Source of the DNA: Sinomonas sp.
GTDB lineage: Bacteria; Actinomycetota; Actinomycetes; Actinomycetales; Micrococcaceae
Direction of reading: 5' to 3'
DNA length: 63,452 nt
NCBI RefSeq assembly: GCF_051955515.1
Contig: NZ_JBQCGQ010000291.1
Location: forward strand, 1 to 63,452
The position numbers and the translations under genes were made by a program. The notes beneath the pieces are model-generated. The model ran no database searches and was not told where the DNA came from. It worked only from the letters and a program-made list of their open reading frames with translations. This document shows, one piece after another, positions 11,071 through 21,919 of the stretch (positions are counted from its first letter, which is position 1; every line of letters starts with the position of its first letter).

Positions 11071-11842
11071 CACCTCCCGCGTCGCCGCGGTCCTGCTCGA
11101 CATCGACGAGACGCTCGTGGACCTCGAAGGGGCAATGCACCGCGCCCTGCGCGAGGTCACGGCCGCGTACGTCGACCTCGACGAGGCCGGATGGGCCGCG
11201 TTCTGCCATACCTTCACCCGCGGTTCGGACGACATCTACGACCAATACGTAGCGGGCGAGATCACGTTCGCCGAGCAGCGTGTGCTGCGCGCCGAGCGGT
11301 GCCTCGCGAACGCCGGGACGGCCTTCGTGGACCAGGTGGCGGCGCGGGCATGGCTTGAAGCGTACGAGACGGCTCAGCCGCGCTACGTGCGCGCGTTCGA
11401 CGACGTAGCCCCCTTGCTCGACACGCTGGAGGCCGCGGGAATCGCCTATGGGGCTGTGAGCAACAACGTCCACGACTACCAGCGGGCAAAGCTCGATCAT
11501 GCGGGTCTGCAGCGGATCAAGATCCTCGTGGGGATCGACGCGGTGGGGGCGGCCAAGCCGGACCCGGCGATCTTCCACGAAGGACTTCGGCTGGTAGGCT
11601 CGTCCCCCGAGCAGACTGTCTACGTGGGCGACAATCCGCATCATGACGTCCTCGGCGCGGAGGCTGCTGGGCTGCGGGGGGTCTGGCTCAATCGTCTCGG
11701 GCGGTCCTTGCCCGAGGATCTCGCTCCTTTGGTGCGCGAGCAGATCCCCAGCCTCACCGAGCTGCCTGCCCTCATCGGCCTAGACTCCCGCCCGGCGGCA
11801 GACGGCGTGGGCGATTTGGCAGGCGGGCGAGTGTTCCAGTAA
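11063..11842 (+). CDS. HAD-family hydrolase
   Basis: LLDIDETL (motif I), [15 protein letters not shown]; GTG start overlaps the gltX 3' end. Confidence 0.88.
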   Translation: MADTSRVAAVLLDIDETLVDLEGAMHRALREVTAAYVDLDEAGWAAFCHTFTRGSDDIYDQYVAGEITFAEQRVLRAERCLANAGTAFVDQVAARAWLEAYETAQPRYVRAFDDVAPLLDTLEAAGIAYGAVSNNVHDYQRAKLDHAGLQRIKILVGIDAVGAAKPDPAIFHEGLRLVGSSPEQTVYVGDNPHHDVLGAEAAGLRGVWLNRLGRSLPEDLAPLVREQIPSLTELPALIGLDSRPAADGVGDLAGGRVFQ

Positions 11843-11915
11843 AGTAATTACTCGTGCTGAGGGGCACGGAGGGACTTGAACCGATGGTTCAGGGACACCG
11901 GCCCGGAACACGCCT

Positions 11916-11987
11916 TGGGATATGGTGTAATTGGCAACACTACGGTTTCTGGTACCGTCATTCTAGGTTCGAGTCCTGGTATCCCAG
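11916..11987 (+). tRNA. tRNA-Gln(CTG)
   Basis: Acceptor TGGGATA/TATCCCA, anticodon arm ACGGT-ttCTGgt-ACCGT, GGTTCGAGTCC T-arm. Confidence 0.96.
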
Positions 11988-12034
11988 CTCCTGACGCCCC
12001 GTGAGCGATTAGCGGGTCTGACGGTGAAAGTACT

Positions 12035-12107
12035 GGCCCCATCGTATAGCGGCCTAGTACGCCGCCCTCTCACGGCGGTAACGCGGGTTCGAATCCCGCT
12101 GGGGTCA
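12035..12107 (+). tRNA. tRNA-Glu(CTC)
   Basis: Acceptor GGCCCCA/TGGGGTC, anticodon arm CCGCC-ctCTCac-GGCGG, GGTTCGAATCC. Confidence 0.96.
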
Positions 12108-12178
12108 CGGAATGGCTGTGGAGTAATCCGCAGCTATTTTCGAGAAGCCTTTTTTCGAAAAGGCGCTTGCAGTGAAGA

Positions 12179-12251
12179 GGCCCCATCGTATAGCGGCCTA
12201 GTACGCCGCCCTCTCACGGCGGTAACGCGGGTTCGAATCCCGCTGGGGTCA
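12179..12251 (+). tRNA. tRNA-Glu(CTC), identical second copy
   Basis: Same sequence as 12035-12107. Confidence 0.96.
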
Positions 12252-12255
12252 CTGC

Positions 12256-12298
12256 CAAAGAGCGTCCCGGTCGTCACGACCGGGACGCTCTTTGTTTT
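12256..12298. terminator. bidirectional terminator hairpin
   Basis: 19-bp perfect arms CAAAGAGCGTCCCGGTCGT/ACGACCGGGACGCTCTTTG followed by TTTT, between convergent units. Confidence 0.85.
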
Positions 12299-12839
12299 AT
12301 CGCGTGGCCAGTTTGTCCGCGGCGGCTTTCACCTTCAGCATCGTGCGGAGATTTCGCGTGGTCGTCGTGGCCTTGAATTTGGCTTTTCCCGTGGCCTTCG
12401 ACATCGCGCTGTCGAGGGTGGCTCCGACGGGGGCGAGCCACGCGGTCGCGAAGGGAGAGAGGCGGGTATGTTCGGTTCCGTCCGCCGCGGCCAGGTCCCA
12501 GAGCTCGTCCAGCACGGCAGGGTCCGAGGACAGGGTCACGTACGAATGCGTCGAGGGGTCGTCGGAGGGATACGGGCAGGCATCAATCGTGGCGGCCACG
12601 TCCGGGGCGGTCATGACGATGACCCACGCGTCGTACCCGAACGCCGTCCGCAGGGCCGTCTGGATCGTCTCCTTGAGTTCGGCGGCGTCCAGCTCGGAGC
12701 GAAGGACGATGTTCCCGCTCGCGAGCAGCGTGGAGACGTCGCTGACCGGCAGACGGGAGATTGTGGCGCGGACATCCGCCATCTTGAGGTTGATCCCGCC
12801 CACGTTGACCCCCCTCAGGAAGACTGCGTAGGCCGTCAT
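12297..12839 (-). CDS. DUF1697 family protein
   Basis: MTAYAVFLRGVNVGG, LASGN, TTRNLRT motifs; start overlaps the IclR stop. Confidence 0.88.
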   Translation of the reverse strand: MTAYAVFLRGVNVGGINLKMADVRATISRLPVSDVSTLLASGNIVLRSELDAAELKETIQTALRTAFGYDAWVIVMTAPDVAATIDACPYPSDDPSTHSYVTLSSDPAVLDELWDLAAADGTEHTRLSPFATAWLAPVGATLDSAMSKATGKAKFKATTTTRNLRTMLKVKAAADKLATR

Positions 12840-13558
12840 CAGTCGTTGCCCTTGCGGAGTGCCTCGGTGAGGAGGCGCGCGGCGCTGCACACGACTTCGG
12901 CGTGCTGACGTCCCGGCTGCCGGGTCAGGCGTTCGATGGGACCCGAGATCGAGACGGCTGCGATGACGCGGCCGGACGGGCCCCGCACGGGTGCCGAGAC
13001 TGAGGCGACCCCGGGCTCGCGTTCGCCGAGGGACTGGGCCCAGCCCCGCCGTCGTACGCCTGCGCGGACGGTGGGGGTGAAGCGCGCGTTGTTGAGGCCC
13101 TCGAGGAGGCGGTCGTGATCCTCCCAAGCCACGAGGATCTGCGCAGCGGATCCGGCCTTCATGGTGAGCTGGGTGCCCACGGGGATCGTGTCGCGGAGGC
13201 CGACGGGCCGCTCCGCGGACGCGACGCACACGCGCCAGTCGCCCTGGCGCCGGAAGATCTGGGCGCTCTCGCCCGTGGCGTCGCGGAGTTGGACGAGAAT
13301 GGGGCCGGCGGCGGCGATAAGGCGATCCTCTCCGGCCGCGGACGCGAGCTCAACGAGGCGCGAACCGAGCACGAACCGCCCCTGGATGTCGCGGGCCACG
13401 AGGCGGTGGTGGACAAGGGCAAGCGCCAGCCGGTGAACGGTCGGGCGGGCGAGACCCGTCGCCGCCACGAGCTGCGCGAGCGTGGTCGGGCCGGCCTCGA
13501 GGGCATCAAGTACCATTGCGGCCTTGTCGATCACGCCGACGCCACTAGAATTGTCCAT
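12839..13558 (-). CDS. IclR family regulator (NdgR/LtbR-like), divergent from leuCD
   Basis: SGVGVIDKA...GLARPTVHRLA HTH; ERPVGLRDTIPVG; GEREPGVASVSAPV; position next to leuC. Confidence 0.92.
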   Translation of the reverse strand: MDNSSGVGVIDKAAMVLDALEAGPTTLAQLVAATGLARPTVHRLALALVHHRLVARDIQGRFVLGSRLVELASAAGEDRLIAAAGPILVQLRDATGESAQIFRRQGDWRVCVASAERPVGLRDTIPVGTQLTMKAGSAAQILVAWEDHDRLLEGLNNARFTPTVRAGVRRRGWAQSLGEREPGVASVSAPVRGPSGRVIAAVSISGPIERLTRQPGRQHAEVVCSAARLLTEALRKGND

Positions 13559-13571
13559 AGATTGATATTGC

Positions 13572-13590
13572 CGTCTCAATATCTGAGATG
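13572..13590. promoter_or_regulatory. palindromic putative IclR/NdgR operator
   Basis: CGTCTCA-ATATC-TGAGATG in the divergent intergenic region. Confidence 0.55.
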
Positions 13591-13677
13591 CAAGTCGATG
13601 GGGTGGCCGCAGGACGAGCCGCCTGCTGGACTGGTATGACAGGCGCCGACGGCGCGAGCGAACGAAGGGAGCTGGCC

Positions 13678-15114
13678 ATGGGACGCACTCTGGCCGAGAA
13701 GGTCTGGGATGCGCATGTTGTGCGCAAGGGCGAGGCTGGCCAGCCTGACCTTCTCTACATCGACCTGCACCTGGTGCATGAGGTGACCTCTCCGCAGGCG
13801 TTCGAGGGCCTCCGTCTCGCGGGCCGCCGTCTGCGACGCCCGGACCTGACGATCGCGACGGAGGACCACAACACCCCGACGCTGGACATCGACAAGCCGA
13901 TCGCGGACCCGACGAGCCGGACCCAGATCGAAACGCTGCGGGCGAACTGCCACGAGTTCGGCGTGCGTCTGCATCCCCTCGGGGACAAGGAGCAGGGCAT
14001 TGTCCACGTGGTGGGACCGCAGCTCGGCCTGACCCAGCCTGGCCTGACGATCGTGTGCGGTGACTCGCACACGTCCACCCACGGCGCCTTCGGTGCCCTC
14101 GCCATGGGCATCGGCACCTCCGAGGTCGAGCACGTCATGGCCACCCAGACGCTGCCGCTCAAGCCGTTCAAGACGATGGCCATCAACGTCGAGGGCACAC
14201 TCAAGCCGGGCGTGAGCTCGAAGGACATCATCTTGGCGGTCATCGCCAAGATCGGCACCGGCGGCGGCCAGGGCTACGTGCTCGAGTACCGCGGGTCCGC
14301 CATCCGCGCGCTGTCCATGGAGGCGCGCATGACGATCTGCAACATGTCGATCGAAGCCGGTGCCCGCGCCGGGATGGTCGCGCCGGACGAGACGACGTAC
14401 GCCTTCATGCAGGGCCGCCCGCACGCCCCGCAGGGCGCCGACTGGGACGCCGCGGTCGAGTATTGGGACACCCTGCACACCGACGAGGACGCGGTCTTCG
14501 ACGCCGAGGTGTTCCTCGACGCGGACGAGCTCGAGCCCTTCGTCACGTGGGGCACCAACCCCGGCCAGGGCGTCTCGCTCTCGCAGGCCGTCCCGGACCC
14601 CGAGGCGTTCGCCGACGAGAACTCGAAGGCCAACGCGCGCCGAGCGCTGCAGTACATGGGGCTCGAGGCAGGCACCCCGATGAAGGAAATCCGCGTGGAC
14701 ACGGTGTTCTTGGGCTCGTGCACCAACTCCCGTCTGGAGGACCTGCGTGCTGCGGCGGACGTCATCCGCGGCCGCCAGAAGGATCCGAACGTGCGCATGC
14801 TCGTGGTCCCCGGCTCGGCAAGGGTGCGCCTCGAGGCCGAGGCGGAGGGCCTGGACCAGGTGTTCAAGGACTTCGGCGCCGAGTGGCGCTTCGCGGGCTG
14901 CTCGATGTGCCTGGGCATGAACCCGGACCAGCTGGCCCCGGGCGAGCGGTGCGCGTCGACCTCGAACCGCAACTTCGAGGGCCGTCAGGGCAAGGGCGGC
15001 CGGACCCACCTTGTCTCGCCCGTCGTCGCCGCGGCGACCGCGATCCGCGGAACCCTCTCGTCGCCGTCGGACCTCGATCCCGTGCCCGCCACCGCCGCCA
15101 GCAGCGCCGCCTGA
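13678..15114 (+). CDS. leuC: 3-isopropylmalate dehydratase large subunit
   Basis: [41 protein letters not shown]. Confidence 0.98.
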   Translation: MGRTLAEKVWDAHVVRKGEAGQPDLLYIDLHLVHEVTSPQAFEGLRLAGRRLRRPDLTIATEDHNTPTLDIDKPIADPTSRTQIETLRANCHEFGVRLHPLGDKEQGIVHVVGPQLGLTQPGLTIVCGDSHTSTHGAFGALAMGIGTSEVEHVMATQTLPLKPFKTMAINVEGTLKPGVSSKDIILAVIAKIGTGGGQGYVLEYRGSAIRALSMEARMTICNMSIEAGARAGMVAPDETTYAFMQGRPHAPQGADWDAAVEYWDTLHTDEDAVFDAEVFLDADELEPFVTWGTNPGQGVSLSQAVPDPEAFADENSKANARRALQYMGLEAGTPMKEIRVDTVFLGSCTNSRLEDLRAAADVIRGRQKDPNVRMLVVPGSARVRLEAEAEGLDQVFKDFGAEWRFAGCSMCLGMNPDQLAPGERCASTSNRNFEGRQGKGGRTHLVSPVVAAATAIRGTLSSPSDLDPVPATAASSAA

Positions 15115-15146
15115 GCCGGCCCCGCCCAGACATTACGGAGAAAACC

Positions 15147-15746
15147 ATGGAGAAGTTCACCTCCCACACCGGGATCGGCGTGCCGCTGCGCCAGAGCAAC
15201 GTCGACACCGACCAGATCATCCCCGCCGTCTTCCTCAAGCGGATCACCCGGACTGGCTTTGAGGACGCCCTGTTCTCCTCATGGCGCAAGGACGAGCAGT
15301 TCATCCTCAACCAAGAGCCGTTCAACCGCGGCTCGGTCCTCGTGGCAGGCCCTGACTTCGGCACCGGGTCGTCCCGCGAGCACGCTGTCTGGGCGCTCAA
15401 GGACTACGGGTTCAAGGCAGTCCTCTCGTCCCGGTTCGCGGACATCTTCCGCGGCAACTCCGGCAAGCAGGGCCTCCTCGCCGCCGGCGTGGCGCAGGAC
15501 GACATCGAGCTGATCTGGAAGGAGCTCGAGAACCACCCGGGCACCCAGATCACCGTGGACCTGAAGTCGAAGACGGCCACCTGCGGGAACATCGTGGCCC
15601 CCTTCGAGATCGACGACTACACGCGCTGGCGCCTCCTCGAGGGCCTCGACGACATCGGGCTGACCCTCCAGCACGAAGACGAGATCGCCGCCTACGAGGC
15701 GACCCGGCCTTCGTTCAAGCCCACCACGCTCCCGGCCAAGTCCTGA
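15147..15746 (+). CDS. leuD: 3-isopropylmalate dehydratase small subunit
   Basis: [24 protein letters not shown]. Confidence 0.98.
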   Translation: MEKFTSHTGIGVPLRQSNVDTDQIIPAVFLKRITRTGFEDALFSSWRKDEQFILNQEPFNRGSVLVAGPDFGTGSSREHAVWALKDYGFKAVLSSRFADIFRGNSGKQGLLAAGVAQDDIELIWKELENHPGTQITVDLKSKTATCGNIVAPFEIDDYTRWRLLEGLDDIGLTLQHEDEIAAYEATRPSFKPTTLPAKS

Positions 15747-15887
15747 CTCGGCGGAACCTGGCGGGCGTGCCGTCCCTAAGGGGAGGCGCGCCCGCTTGGC
15801 GTTTCGCGGCCCACCTCGCGAGCTTCTATGCTTAGCAAGGTCCGCGGCCACGCCGTGGGGCAGGCGAGCAGTGAGGAAGCACAATCG

Positions 15888-17210
15888 ATGAGCAGTGTCC
15901 TGACCATCCGCGGCGGCGTTCCGCTCTCGGGACGGGTAGCCGTCCGCGGGGCCAAGAACCTCGTCCCGAAGGCGATGGTCGCCGCGCTGCTCGGTGACGA
16001 GCCGTCGATCCTCCGCAACGTCCCGGAGATCAAGGACGTGGAGGTCGTCACGAACCTCCTCGCGCTGCACGGCGTGGGCATCAGGAAGGATGCGCCGGGG
16101 GAGCTGATCCTAGACCCCGCCAACGCCCGCACTGCGCAGGTCGCAGACATCGACGCCCATGCCGGCGATTCGCGCATCCCCATTCTCTTCTGCGGCCCGC
16201 TCATCCACGCGATCGGCGAGGCCTTCATCCCGGACCTTGGCGGCTGCCGCATCGGGGACCGCCCGATCAACTACCACCTGAACGTCCTCCGCGAGTTCGG
16301 GGCCGTGGTAGACAAGCGCCCGGGTGGCATCAGCATCTCCGCGCCCAAGGGCCTGAAGGGCGCCAAGATCTCGCTGCCATACCCGAGCGTCGGCGCCACG
16401 GAGCAGGTCCTGCTGAGTGCCACCCGCGCAGAGGGCATCACCGAGCTGACAGGCGCGGCGACCGAACCCGAGATTGTGGACCTCATCGCGGTCCTGCAGA
16501 AGATGGGCGCGCTCATCTCCATACAGTCGGACCGGACGATCCGGATCGAGGGCGTCCCGACTCTGGGCGGCTACGTCCACACGGCCCTTCCCGACCGCAA
16601 CGAGGCGGCTTCGTGGGCCTCTGCAGCTCTCGTGACCAAGGGGGAGATCTTCGTCGAAGGCGCCCTCCAGCGGGACATGATGACATTCCTCAACACGTTC
16701 AGGAAGCTCGGCGGGGGCCTTGAGATCCTCGACGACGGGATCCGTTTCTTCCATAAGGGAGGGAAGCTCTCGCCGCTCGTCCTCGAAACCGACGTCCACC
16801 CTGGCTTCATGACCGACTGGCAGCAGCCCCTCGTGGTCGCGCTGACCCAAGCGGACGGGGTCTCGATTGTCCACGAGACGGTCTACGAGAACCGCTTCGG
16901 CTTCACCGAGGCGCTGCGCAGGATGGGGGCCCAGATCCAAGTCCACCGCGAGTGCCTCGGCAGCGTCCCGTGCCGCTTCGGGCAGCGGAACTTCCTCCAC
17001 TCCGCCGTCATCTCGGGTCCGAGCGAGCTGCATGGCGCGGACTTCAACGTGCCGGACCTGCGAGGCGGGTTCAGCCACCTCATCGCGGCGCTCGCTGCTG
17101 AGGGCACCTCCCGCGCGACGGGCATCGACGTCATCAAACGCGGGTACGAGCACTTCACCGACAAGCTAGCTGGGCTCGGCGCGGACTTCGACCTCGAGGA
17201 AGCGGCGTGA
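15888..17210 (+). CDS. murA: UDP-N-acetylglucosamine 1-carboxyvinyltransferase
   Basis: GAKN, GGCRIGDRP, PSVGATE, PGFMTDWQ, VPDLRGG. Confidence 0.95.
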   Translation: MSSVLTIRGGVPLSGRVAVRGAKNLVPKAMVAALLGDEPSILRNVPEIKDVEVVTNLLALHGVGIRKDAPGELILDPANARTAQVADIDAHAGDSRIPILFCGPLIHAIGEAFIPDLGGCRIGDRPINYHLNVLREFGAVVDKRPGGISISAPKGLKGAKISLPYPSVGATEQVLLSATRAEGITELTGAATEPEIVDLIAVLQKMGALISIQSDRTIRIEGVPTLGGYVHTALPDRNEAASWASAALVTKGEIFVEGALQRDMMTFLNTFRKLGGGLEILDDGIRFFHKGGKLSPLVLETDVHPGFMTDWQQPLVVALTQADGVSIVHETVYENRFGFTEALRRMGAQIQVHRECLGSVPCRFGQRNFLHSAVISGPSELHGADFNVPDLRGGFSHLIAALAAEGTSRATGIDVIKRGYEHFTDKLAGLGADFDLEEAA

Positions 17211-17998
17211 CCCGGGCGACGGCGGCGGAGAGCACTGGCGAGCGCGTCGCCTTCGCGATCGCCGGCGCCGTGGTGCGCCCGCTCATGAACGCGCTGATGG
17301 GCCGGAAGTGGCTGGGCACCGAGAAGCTGCCAGCCGGTGGCTTCATTGCGTGCCCCAACCACTGCACCGAGATCGACCCGCTCGTCGTGGGCCACATGCT
17401 GTACAACAACGGCCGCCCGCCCCACTTCCTGGCCAAGGCCGGCCTGTTCAAGCCTCCAGTCGTCGGGCAGATCATGCGGTCCACGAAGCAGATCCCCGTG
17501 GACCGCAGCGGCACGGGGGCTGGGCAGTCCCTCGAGGTGGCGCGCGAGGTGCTCGGGGACGGCGGCGCCATCCTGATCTACCCCGAAGGCACGCTCACCC
17601 GTGACCCCGATCTGTGGCCCATGAAGGGGCACACGGGAGCGGCCCGGCTCGCGCTCAAGACCGGAGCTCCGGTAGTCCCCATTGCCCATTGGGGGGCCCA
17701 GGAGGTCTTCCCGCGGTACGCCAAGCGTTTCTACGTCTGGCCCAGGAAGCGCGTGCGCGTTCTCGTCGGGGACCCCGTGGACCTGACCGAGTTCGAAGGC
17801 CGCCCGCTCGACAAGACGACTCTCCTCGCGGCCACGGACAAGATCATGGACGCGATCACGGCGCTCCTCGCCGAGCTCCGGGGCGAGCAGCCGCCTGCGC
17901 AGCGGTGGGACCCTTCGGCGCACCAGCAGATGCGCCACGGCCGGGACGTCGCCCGCGGCACACAGAGCCCCGCGAACGACGGCGGAGCCTCCGCGTGA
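17207..17998 (+). CDS. lysophospholipid acyltransferase (PlsC-like)
   Basis: NHCTEID (NHxxxxD), YPEGTLT. Confidence 0.92.
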   Translation: MTRATAAESTGERVAFAIAGAVVRPLMNALMGRKWLGTEKLPAGGFIACPNHCTEIDPLVVGHMLYNNGRPPHFLAKAGLFKPPVVGQIMRSTKQIPVDRSGTGAGQSLEVAREVLGDGGAILIYPEGTLTRDPDLWPMKGHTGAARLALKTGAPVVPIAHWGAQEVFPRYAKRFYVWPRKRVRVLVGDPVDLTEFEGRPLDKTTLLAATDKIMDAITALLAELRGEQPPAQRWDPSAHQQMRHGRDVARGTQSPANDGGASA

Positions 17999-19068
17999 GC
18001 GCTGGCCTCGCCTCTGGCGTTGCCGAGCCTCACGCCGACGGGGGGCCGGACTTCGGCAGGATCGCCGTCTTCGGCGCGGGAAGCTGGGGGACAACGTTCG
18101 CGAAGGTGCTCGCGGACGCTGCCGCCGCCACGGGCGTGGCCCGCAGGATCACCATCTGGGGCCGCAATCCCGAGACGATCGCGGATATCAACCGCCGGCG
18201 CAACGAGCGGTACCTCGGGGACATCGAGCTCCCCGACGGGATCACCGCCACGACCGATCCGGCCGAAGCGATGGCGGGCGCCGGGCTGGTGGTGTTCGCC
18301 GTTCCCGCCCAGTCGCTGCGGGACCAGCTCGCGCAATGGCGGGGGCTCCTCCCCTCCGATGCCGTGGTCATGTCCCTCATGAAGGGCCTCGAGGCGGGCA
18401 GCGATCTGAGGATGAGCGAGGTCATCACCGAGGTCGCAGGCGTGCCCGCAGACCGCATCGCCGTCCTCTCAGGTCCCAACCTGGCAATGGAGATTGCGCG
18501 GCGCGAGCCCACTGCGTCGGTCGTCGCCTGCTCGGATGAGGCCCTCGCGCTCCGCATCGCCCGCGTGTGCACCGCGCCGTATTTCCGCCCTTACACCTCG
18601 ACCGACGTCGTCGGCGCCGAGATCGGCGGCATCGTCAAGAACGTCATCGCCCTGTGCGTCGGGATCTGCGAGGGCAAGGGCATGGGCGACAACACGAAGG
18701 CCTCTGTGATGACGCGCGGCCTCGCCGAGACCACCCGTCTGGCCGTGGCCCTCGGCGCCGATCCGCAGACGTTGGCCGGGCTTGCGGGTCTGGGCGACCT
18801 CGTCGCGACCTGCGCGTCCAAGCTCTCCCGCAACCACACTGCGGGGACCCTGCTCGGGCAGGGCTTCAGCGTCGAAGAACTCGGCAGCCACATGACCCAG
18901 GTGGCGGAGGGCATCAAGTCCGCGCCCGCCGTGCGCGAACTCGCGCGGCGCGTGGGCGTGGAGATGCCCATCACGGAAGCGGTGGTCGGCGTGCTCGCCG
19001 GGCGCCTCGAGGTGAACCAGCTCGAATCGCTCCTGCTCGCGCGGGAGCTCAAGTCGGAAGGCGGATAG
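17995..19068 (+). CDS. gpsA: NAD(P)H-dependent glycerol-3-phosphate dehydrogenase
   Basis: GAGSWGT, LSGPNLA, KNVIA, GDN, GLGDLVATC, SRN. Confidence 0.96.
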   Translation: MSAGLASGVAEPHADGGPDFGRIAVFGAGSWGTTFAKVLADAAAATGVARRITIWGRNPETIADINRRRNERYLGDIELPDGITATTDPAEAMAGAGLVVFAVPAQSLRDQLAQWRGLLPSDAVVMSLMKGLEAGSDLRMSEVITEVAGVPADRIAVLSGPNLAMEIARREPTASVVACSDEALALRIARVCTAPYFRPYTSTDVVGAEIGGIVKNVIALCVGICEGKGMGDNTKASVMTRGLAETTRLAVALGADPQTLAGLAGLGDLVATCASKLSRNHTAGTLLGQGFSVEELGSHMTQVAEGIKSAPAVRELARRVGVEMPITEAVVGVLAGRLEVNQLESLLLARELKSEGG

Positions 19069-19069
19069 C

Positions 19070-20200
19070 GTGTCCCTCCCTGCATCGTCCGGGCGAAAGG
19101 TCCGCGTCGCGCTCCTGTTCGGAGGGCGGTCGAGCGAACACGCGGTCAGCTGCGTCACGGCCGCGGGCGTCATGAACGCCATCGACAAGGACAAGTACGA
19201 GGTGGTGCCGGTCGGCATCGCCAAGGACGGCCAGTGGGTCTTGAGCGACGGCGACTGGCAGCAGTGGGCGCTCAACGCGGGAGAGATGCCCGAGGTGCGT
19301 CCGGGGGCCGAGACCGTGCGGCTCGCGGGCGGTGCGGGTCGGCCAGGGCTTGTGGTGACCCGTCCCAACGAGGTGCCGAGGGAACTGGGTGACGTCGATG
19401 TCGTCTTCCCCCTCCTCCACGGCGCCTTCGGCGAGGACGGCACGGTCCAAGGGCTCCTAGAGCTTGCCGACGTGCGGTACGTCGGCGCGGGAGTCCTCGC
19501 TTCGGCGGTGGGCATGGACAAGCATTTCATGAAGGTCGCGTTCAAGGCGGCAGGTCTCACAGTCGGCCCGTATGTCGCCGTGACCGACAAGGAATGGCGC
19601 CGTGACCCGGACGAGGTGCGTGCCGCCGTCGACCGCCTCGGATACCCCGTCTTCGTGAAGCCGTGCCGGGCTGGGTCCTCGGTCGGGATCAGCCGTGTCG
19701 AGCGGCCCGAGGATCTGGACGCTGCGATCACGGAGGCACGTCGGCATGATCTCCGGATCGTCATCGAGGCCGGGATCACCGGACGCGAGATCGAGTGCGG
19801 CGTCCTCGAGGGGCGGGGGAGCGAGCCTCCCCGGACCTCCCTCCCCGGGGAGATCGTGGTCCAGGGCCCCGCTCACGCCTTCTACGACTTCGAGGCCAAG
19901 TACGTCGAGGACAACGCTGCCGCCCTGAGCTGCCCGGCCGACCTTCCGGAGGAGGCCATCGCCCGGGTCCGCGAGCAGGCGGCGATCGCCTTCGATGCGG
20001 TCTCGGCGGAGGGCCTGAGCCGGGTCGACTTCTTCTACACGCCCGAGGGCGAGCTCATCATCAATGAGATCAACACGATGCCCGGCTTCACGCCGATCAG
20101 CATGTACCCGCAGATGTGGGCGGCGACCGGCCTCCCTTACCACGACCTCATCGATGAGCTCATCCAGCTCGCGCTCGAGCGCCCCACGGGCCTGCGGTAA
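19070..20200 (+). CDS. ddl: D-alanine--D-alanine ligase
   Basis: FGGRSSEH, LHGAFGEDG, GSSVG, YDFEAKY, NEINTMPG. Confidence 0.97.
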   Translation: MSLPASSGRKVRVALLFGGRSSEHAVSCVTAAGVMNAIDKDKYEVVPVGIAKDGQWVLSDGDWQQWALNAGEMPEVRPGAETVRLAGGAGRPGLVVTRPNEVPRELGDVDVVFPLLHGAFGEDGTVQGLLELADVRYVGAGVLASAVGMDKHFMKVAFKAAGLTVGPYVAVTDKEWRRDPDEVRAAVDRLGYPVFVKPCRAGSSVGISRVERPEDLDAAITEARRHDLRIVIEAGITGREIECGVLEGRGSEPPRTSLPGEIVVQGPAHAFYDFEAKYVEDNAAALSCPADLPEEAIARVREQAAIAFDAVSAEGLSRVDFFYTPEGELIINEINTMPGFTPISMYPQMWAATGLPYHDLIDELIQLALERPTGLR

Positions 20201-20240
20201 ACCTCGGGAACCGGCCGCCACCCACCAGCCGTAGCGGCCC

Positions 20241-20825
20241 TCAGCCCTGGGGGAGCTGGGCCACCTCGGCTTGGCCCACGCACTTTGCGGTCTGCGGAAC
20301 CTTGGCCACGGCCGAGGCGAGGGACGCGAGGACGGTCGCCGAGCTGATCTTGGACGTGTCGAGGACCAGTTCCGTTGCCGGCGTCCGCCCGAAGGTCGTG
20401 AGGATGTAGGTGCCGTTCGCGCCGTCGTCCGCAGTCGCCGTCGGCTGCCCACTCGGCTGAGGCTGCGCACTCGGCTGAGGTTGGGTGTTCGGAGAGGCCT
20501 TCCCACTCGGCGAGGAGCTGGCCGTGGGCGCGGTTTCCCGGATGACCCAGTCGACCCCATTCACGGTGACGCAGCGATCCGTGGTGGGGCCCGGCGAGGC
20601 GACACCGCACCGGAGGACGACGGCGGCCGGATCGCCCCACACGGCGGTCGCCTGGCTGGTGGTCTTGCGCAGCGTCGCGTCGCCGATGGAATCGGGGACG
20701 GCGATCATCTCAGGGGCGCAGGCCGGATTGGCGGCGTCAGGAGCGGGCTCGACGACGACAGGGGCGCTGCAGGCGGACAGCGAGACTGCGAGCGCGAGGG
20801 CGGAAACGATCGCCGATGCGCGCAT
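20241..20825 (-). CDS. DUF3515-like lipoprotein
   Basis: Lipobox LSAC; AVWGDPAAVVLRCGV; CVTVNGVDW; position between ddl and thiL; S/P/Q-rich insert. Confidence 0.8.
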   Translation of the reverse strand: MRASAIVSALALAVSLSACSAPVVVEPAPDAANPACAPEMIAVPDSIGDATLRKTTSQATAVWGDPAAVVLRCGVASPGPTTDRCVTVNGVDWVIRETAPTASSSPSGKASPNTQPQPSAQPQPSGQPTATADDGANGTYILTTFGRTPATELVLDTSKISSATVLASLASAVAKVPQTAKCVGQAEVAQLPQG

Positions 20826-20902
20826 GACGTGGTTCTCCTCAGGACGGGAAAGGGGTGTGTCCGGAACAGCCGGGCCTCTCTCCAGACTACTAGGCTGGGC
20901 TG

Positions 20903-21919
20903 GTGCGCACGTCCCCGCTGCCCCTGACCGTCGGCGAGCTGAGCGAGGGGGAGCTCCTTGATCGCATCCTGCCCCGGCTCGCCGGGGGCCCGCCCGCGCT
21001 GCTGGGCCCCGGCGACGACGCGGCCGTCCTCGCGGCCGACGACGGGCGCGTCGTGGTCAGCACCGACACCCAGACCCAGGACTCGGACTTCCGCCTGGTG
21101 TGGCCCAACGGCTACCGGCACACGGGGCGCGACGTCGGATGGAAGGCCGCGGCCCAGAACTTGAGTGACATCAATGCCATGGGCGGTGTTGCGACCGGAC
21201 TTGTCGTGAGCATCACGCTGCCGGCGACGACCGAGGTGCGCTGGGTCGAAGACTTCGCGGACGGCCTGGCGGAGGCTGTCGCCGAGCTGGGAGCCACCCG
21301 CTGCGCACTTGCCGGTGGGGATCTTGGGCGCGGAGAAGAGCTGTCCGTGACGGTCACCGTGCTCGGCAGCCTCGAGGGGCGCAGCCCCATCCTGCGGAGC
21401 GGCGCCCGTGCGGGAGACCTGTTGGCGGTCGCCGGCTCGCTCGGTCCGGCAGCCGCGGGGCTCGCGCTCCTCGAGCGTGGGCCCGAGTATGGTTCGCTCG
21501 ATGCCGCGATGCGGGCGCTGGTTGCCCTGCAGTGCCGTCCGGTTCCGCCGCTGGCGGCAGGTCCGGCGGCCGCGCGGAGCGGGGCGAGTGCGCTCATGGA
21601 CCTCTCCGACGGGCTGCTGAAGGACGCGGGGCGAATGGCCGAGGCCAGCACAGTGCGCCTCGACCTCGATCCGGACATCCTCGCCGCGGCGGCGGAAGCA
21701 CTGCGCCCGGCATCCGAGCTGCTCGGAGGGGACGCGCTCGAGTGGGTTCTGGGCGGGGGCGAGGACCACGGGCTCCTCGCGGCTTTCCCCGCCGGAACAC
21801 AGCTTCCGCATGGCTTCACTGCGATAGGCTCGGTGATGCCAGCCGACGGAGGAAATTCCGCGGTATCCATCGGAGGCAAGCCGGCGGCGACGAGGGGATG
21901 GGACCACTTTGCCAGGTAG
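20903..21919 (+). CDS. thiL: thiamine-monophosphate kinase
   Basis: GPGDDAA, NLSDINAMG, GGD, MDLSDGL, GGEDH. Confidence 0.95.
   Translation: MRTSPLPLTVGELSEGELLDRILPRLAGGPPALLGPGDDAAVLAADDGRVVVSTDTQTQDSDFRLVWPNGYRHTGRDVGWKAAAQNLSDINAMGGVATGLVVSITLPATTEVRWVEDFADGLAEAVAELGATRCALAGGDLGRGEELSVTVTVLGSLEGRSPILRSGARAGDLLAVAGSLGPAAAGLALLERGPEYGSLDAAMRALVALQCRPVPPLAAGPAAARSGASALMDLSDGLLKDAGRMAEASTVRLDLDPDILAAAAEALRPASELLGGDALEWVLGGGEDHGLLAAFPAGTQLPHGFTAIGSVMPADGGNSAVSIGGKPAATRGWDHFAR

Noticed and set aside
9052-11235. Long antisense or alternative-frame ORFs (this one, 561-1778, 13576-15009, 48271-49809 and others)
   Set aside because: Shadow ORFs expected from high-GC codon bias opposite clear housekeeping genes; no recognisable motifs.
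12035-12251. Duplicated tRNA-Glu as an att site or integrated element
   Set aside because: Both copies are full length, the Gln-Glu-Glu cluster after gltX is ordinary, and there is no integrase or cargo.
20451-20486. 18-bp tandem repeat in the DUF3515 gene
   Set aside because: Encodes a low-complexity QPQPS linker and is unrelated to the 21-bp family.
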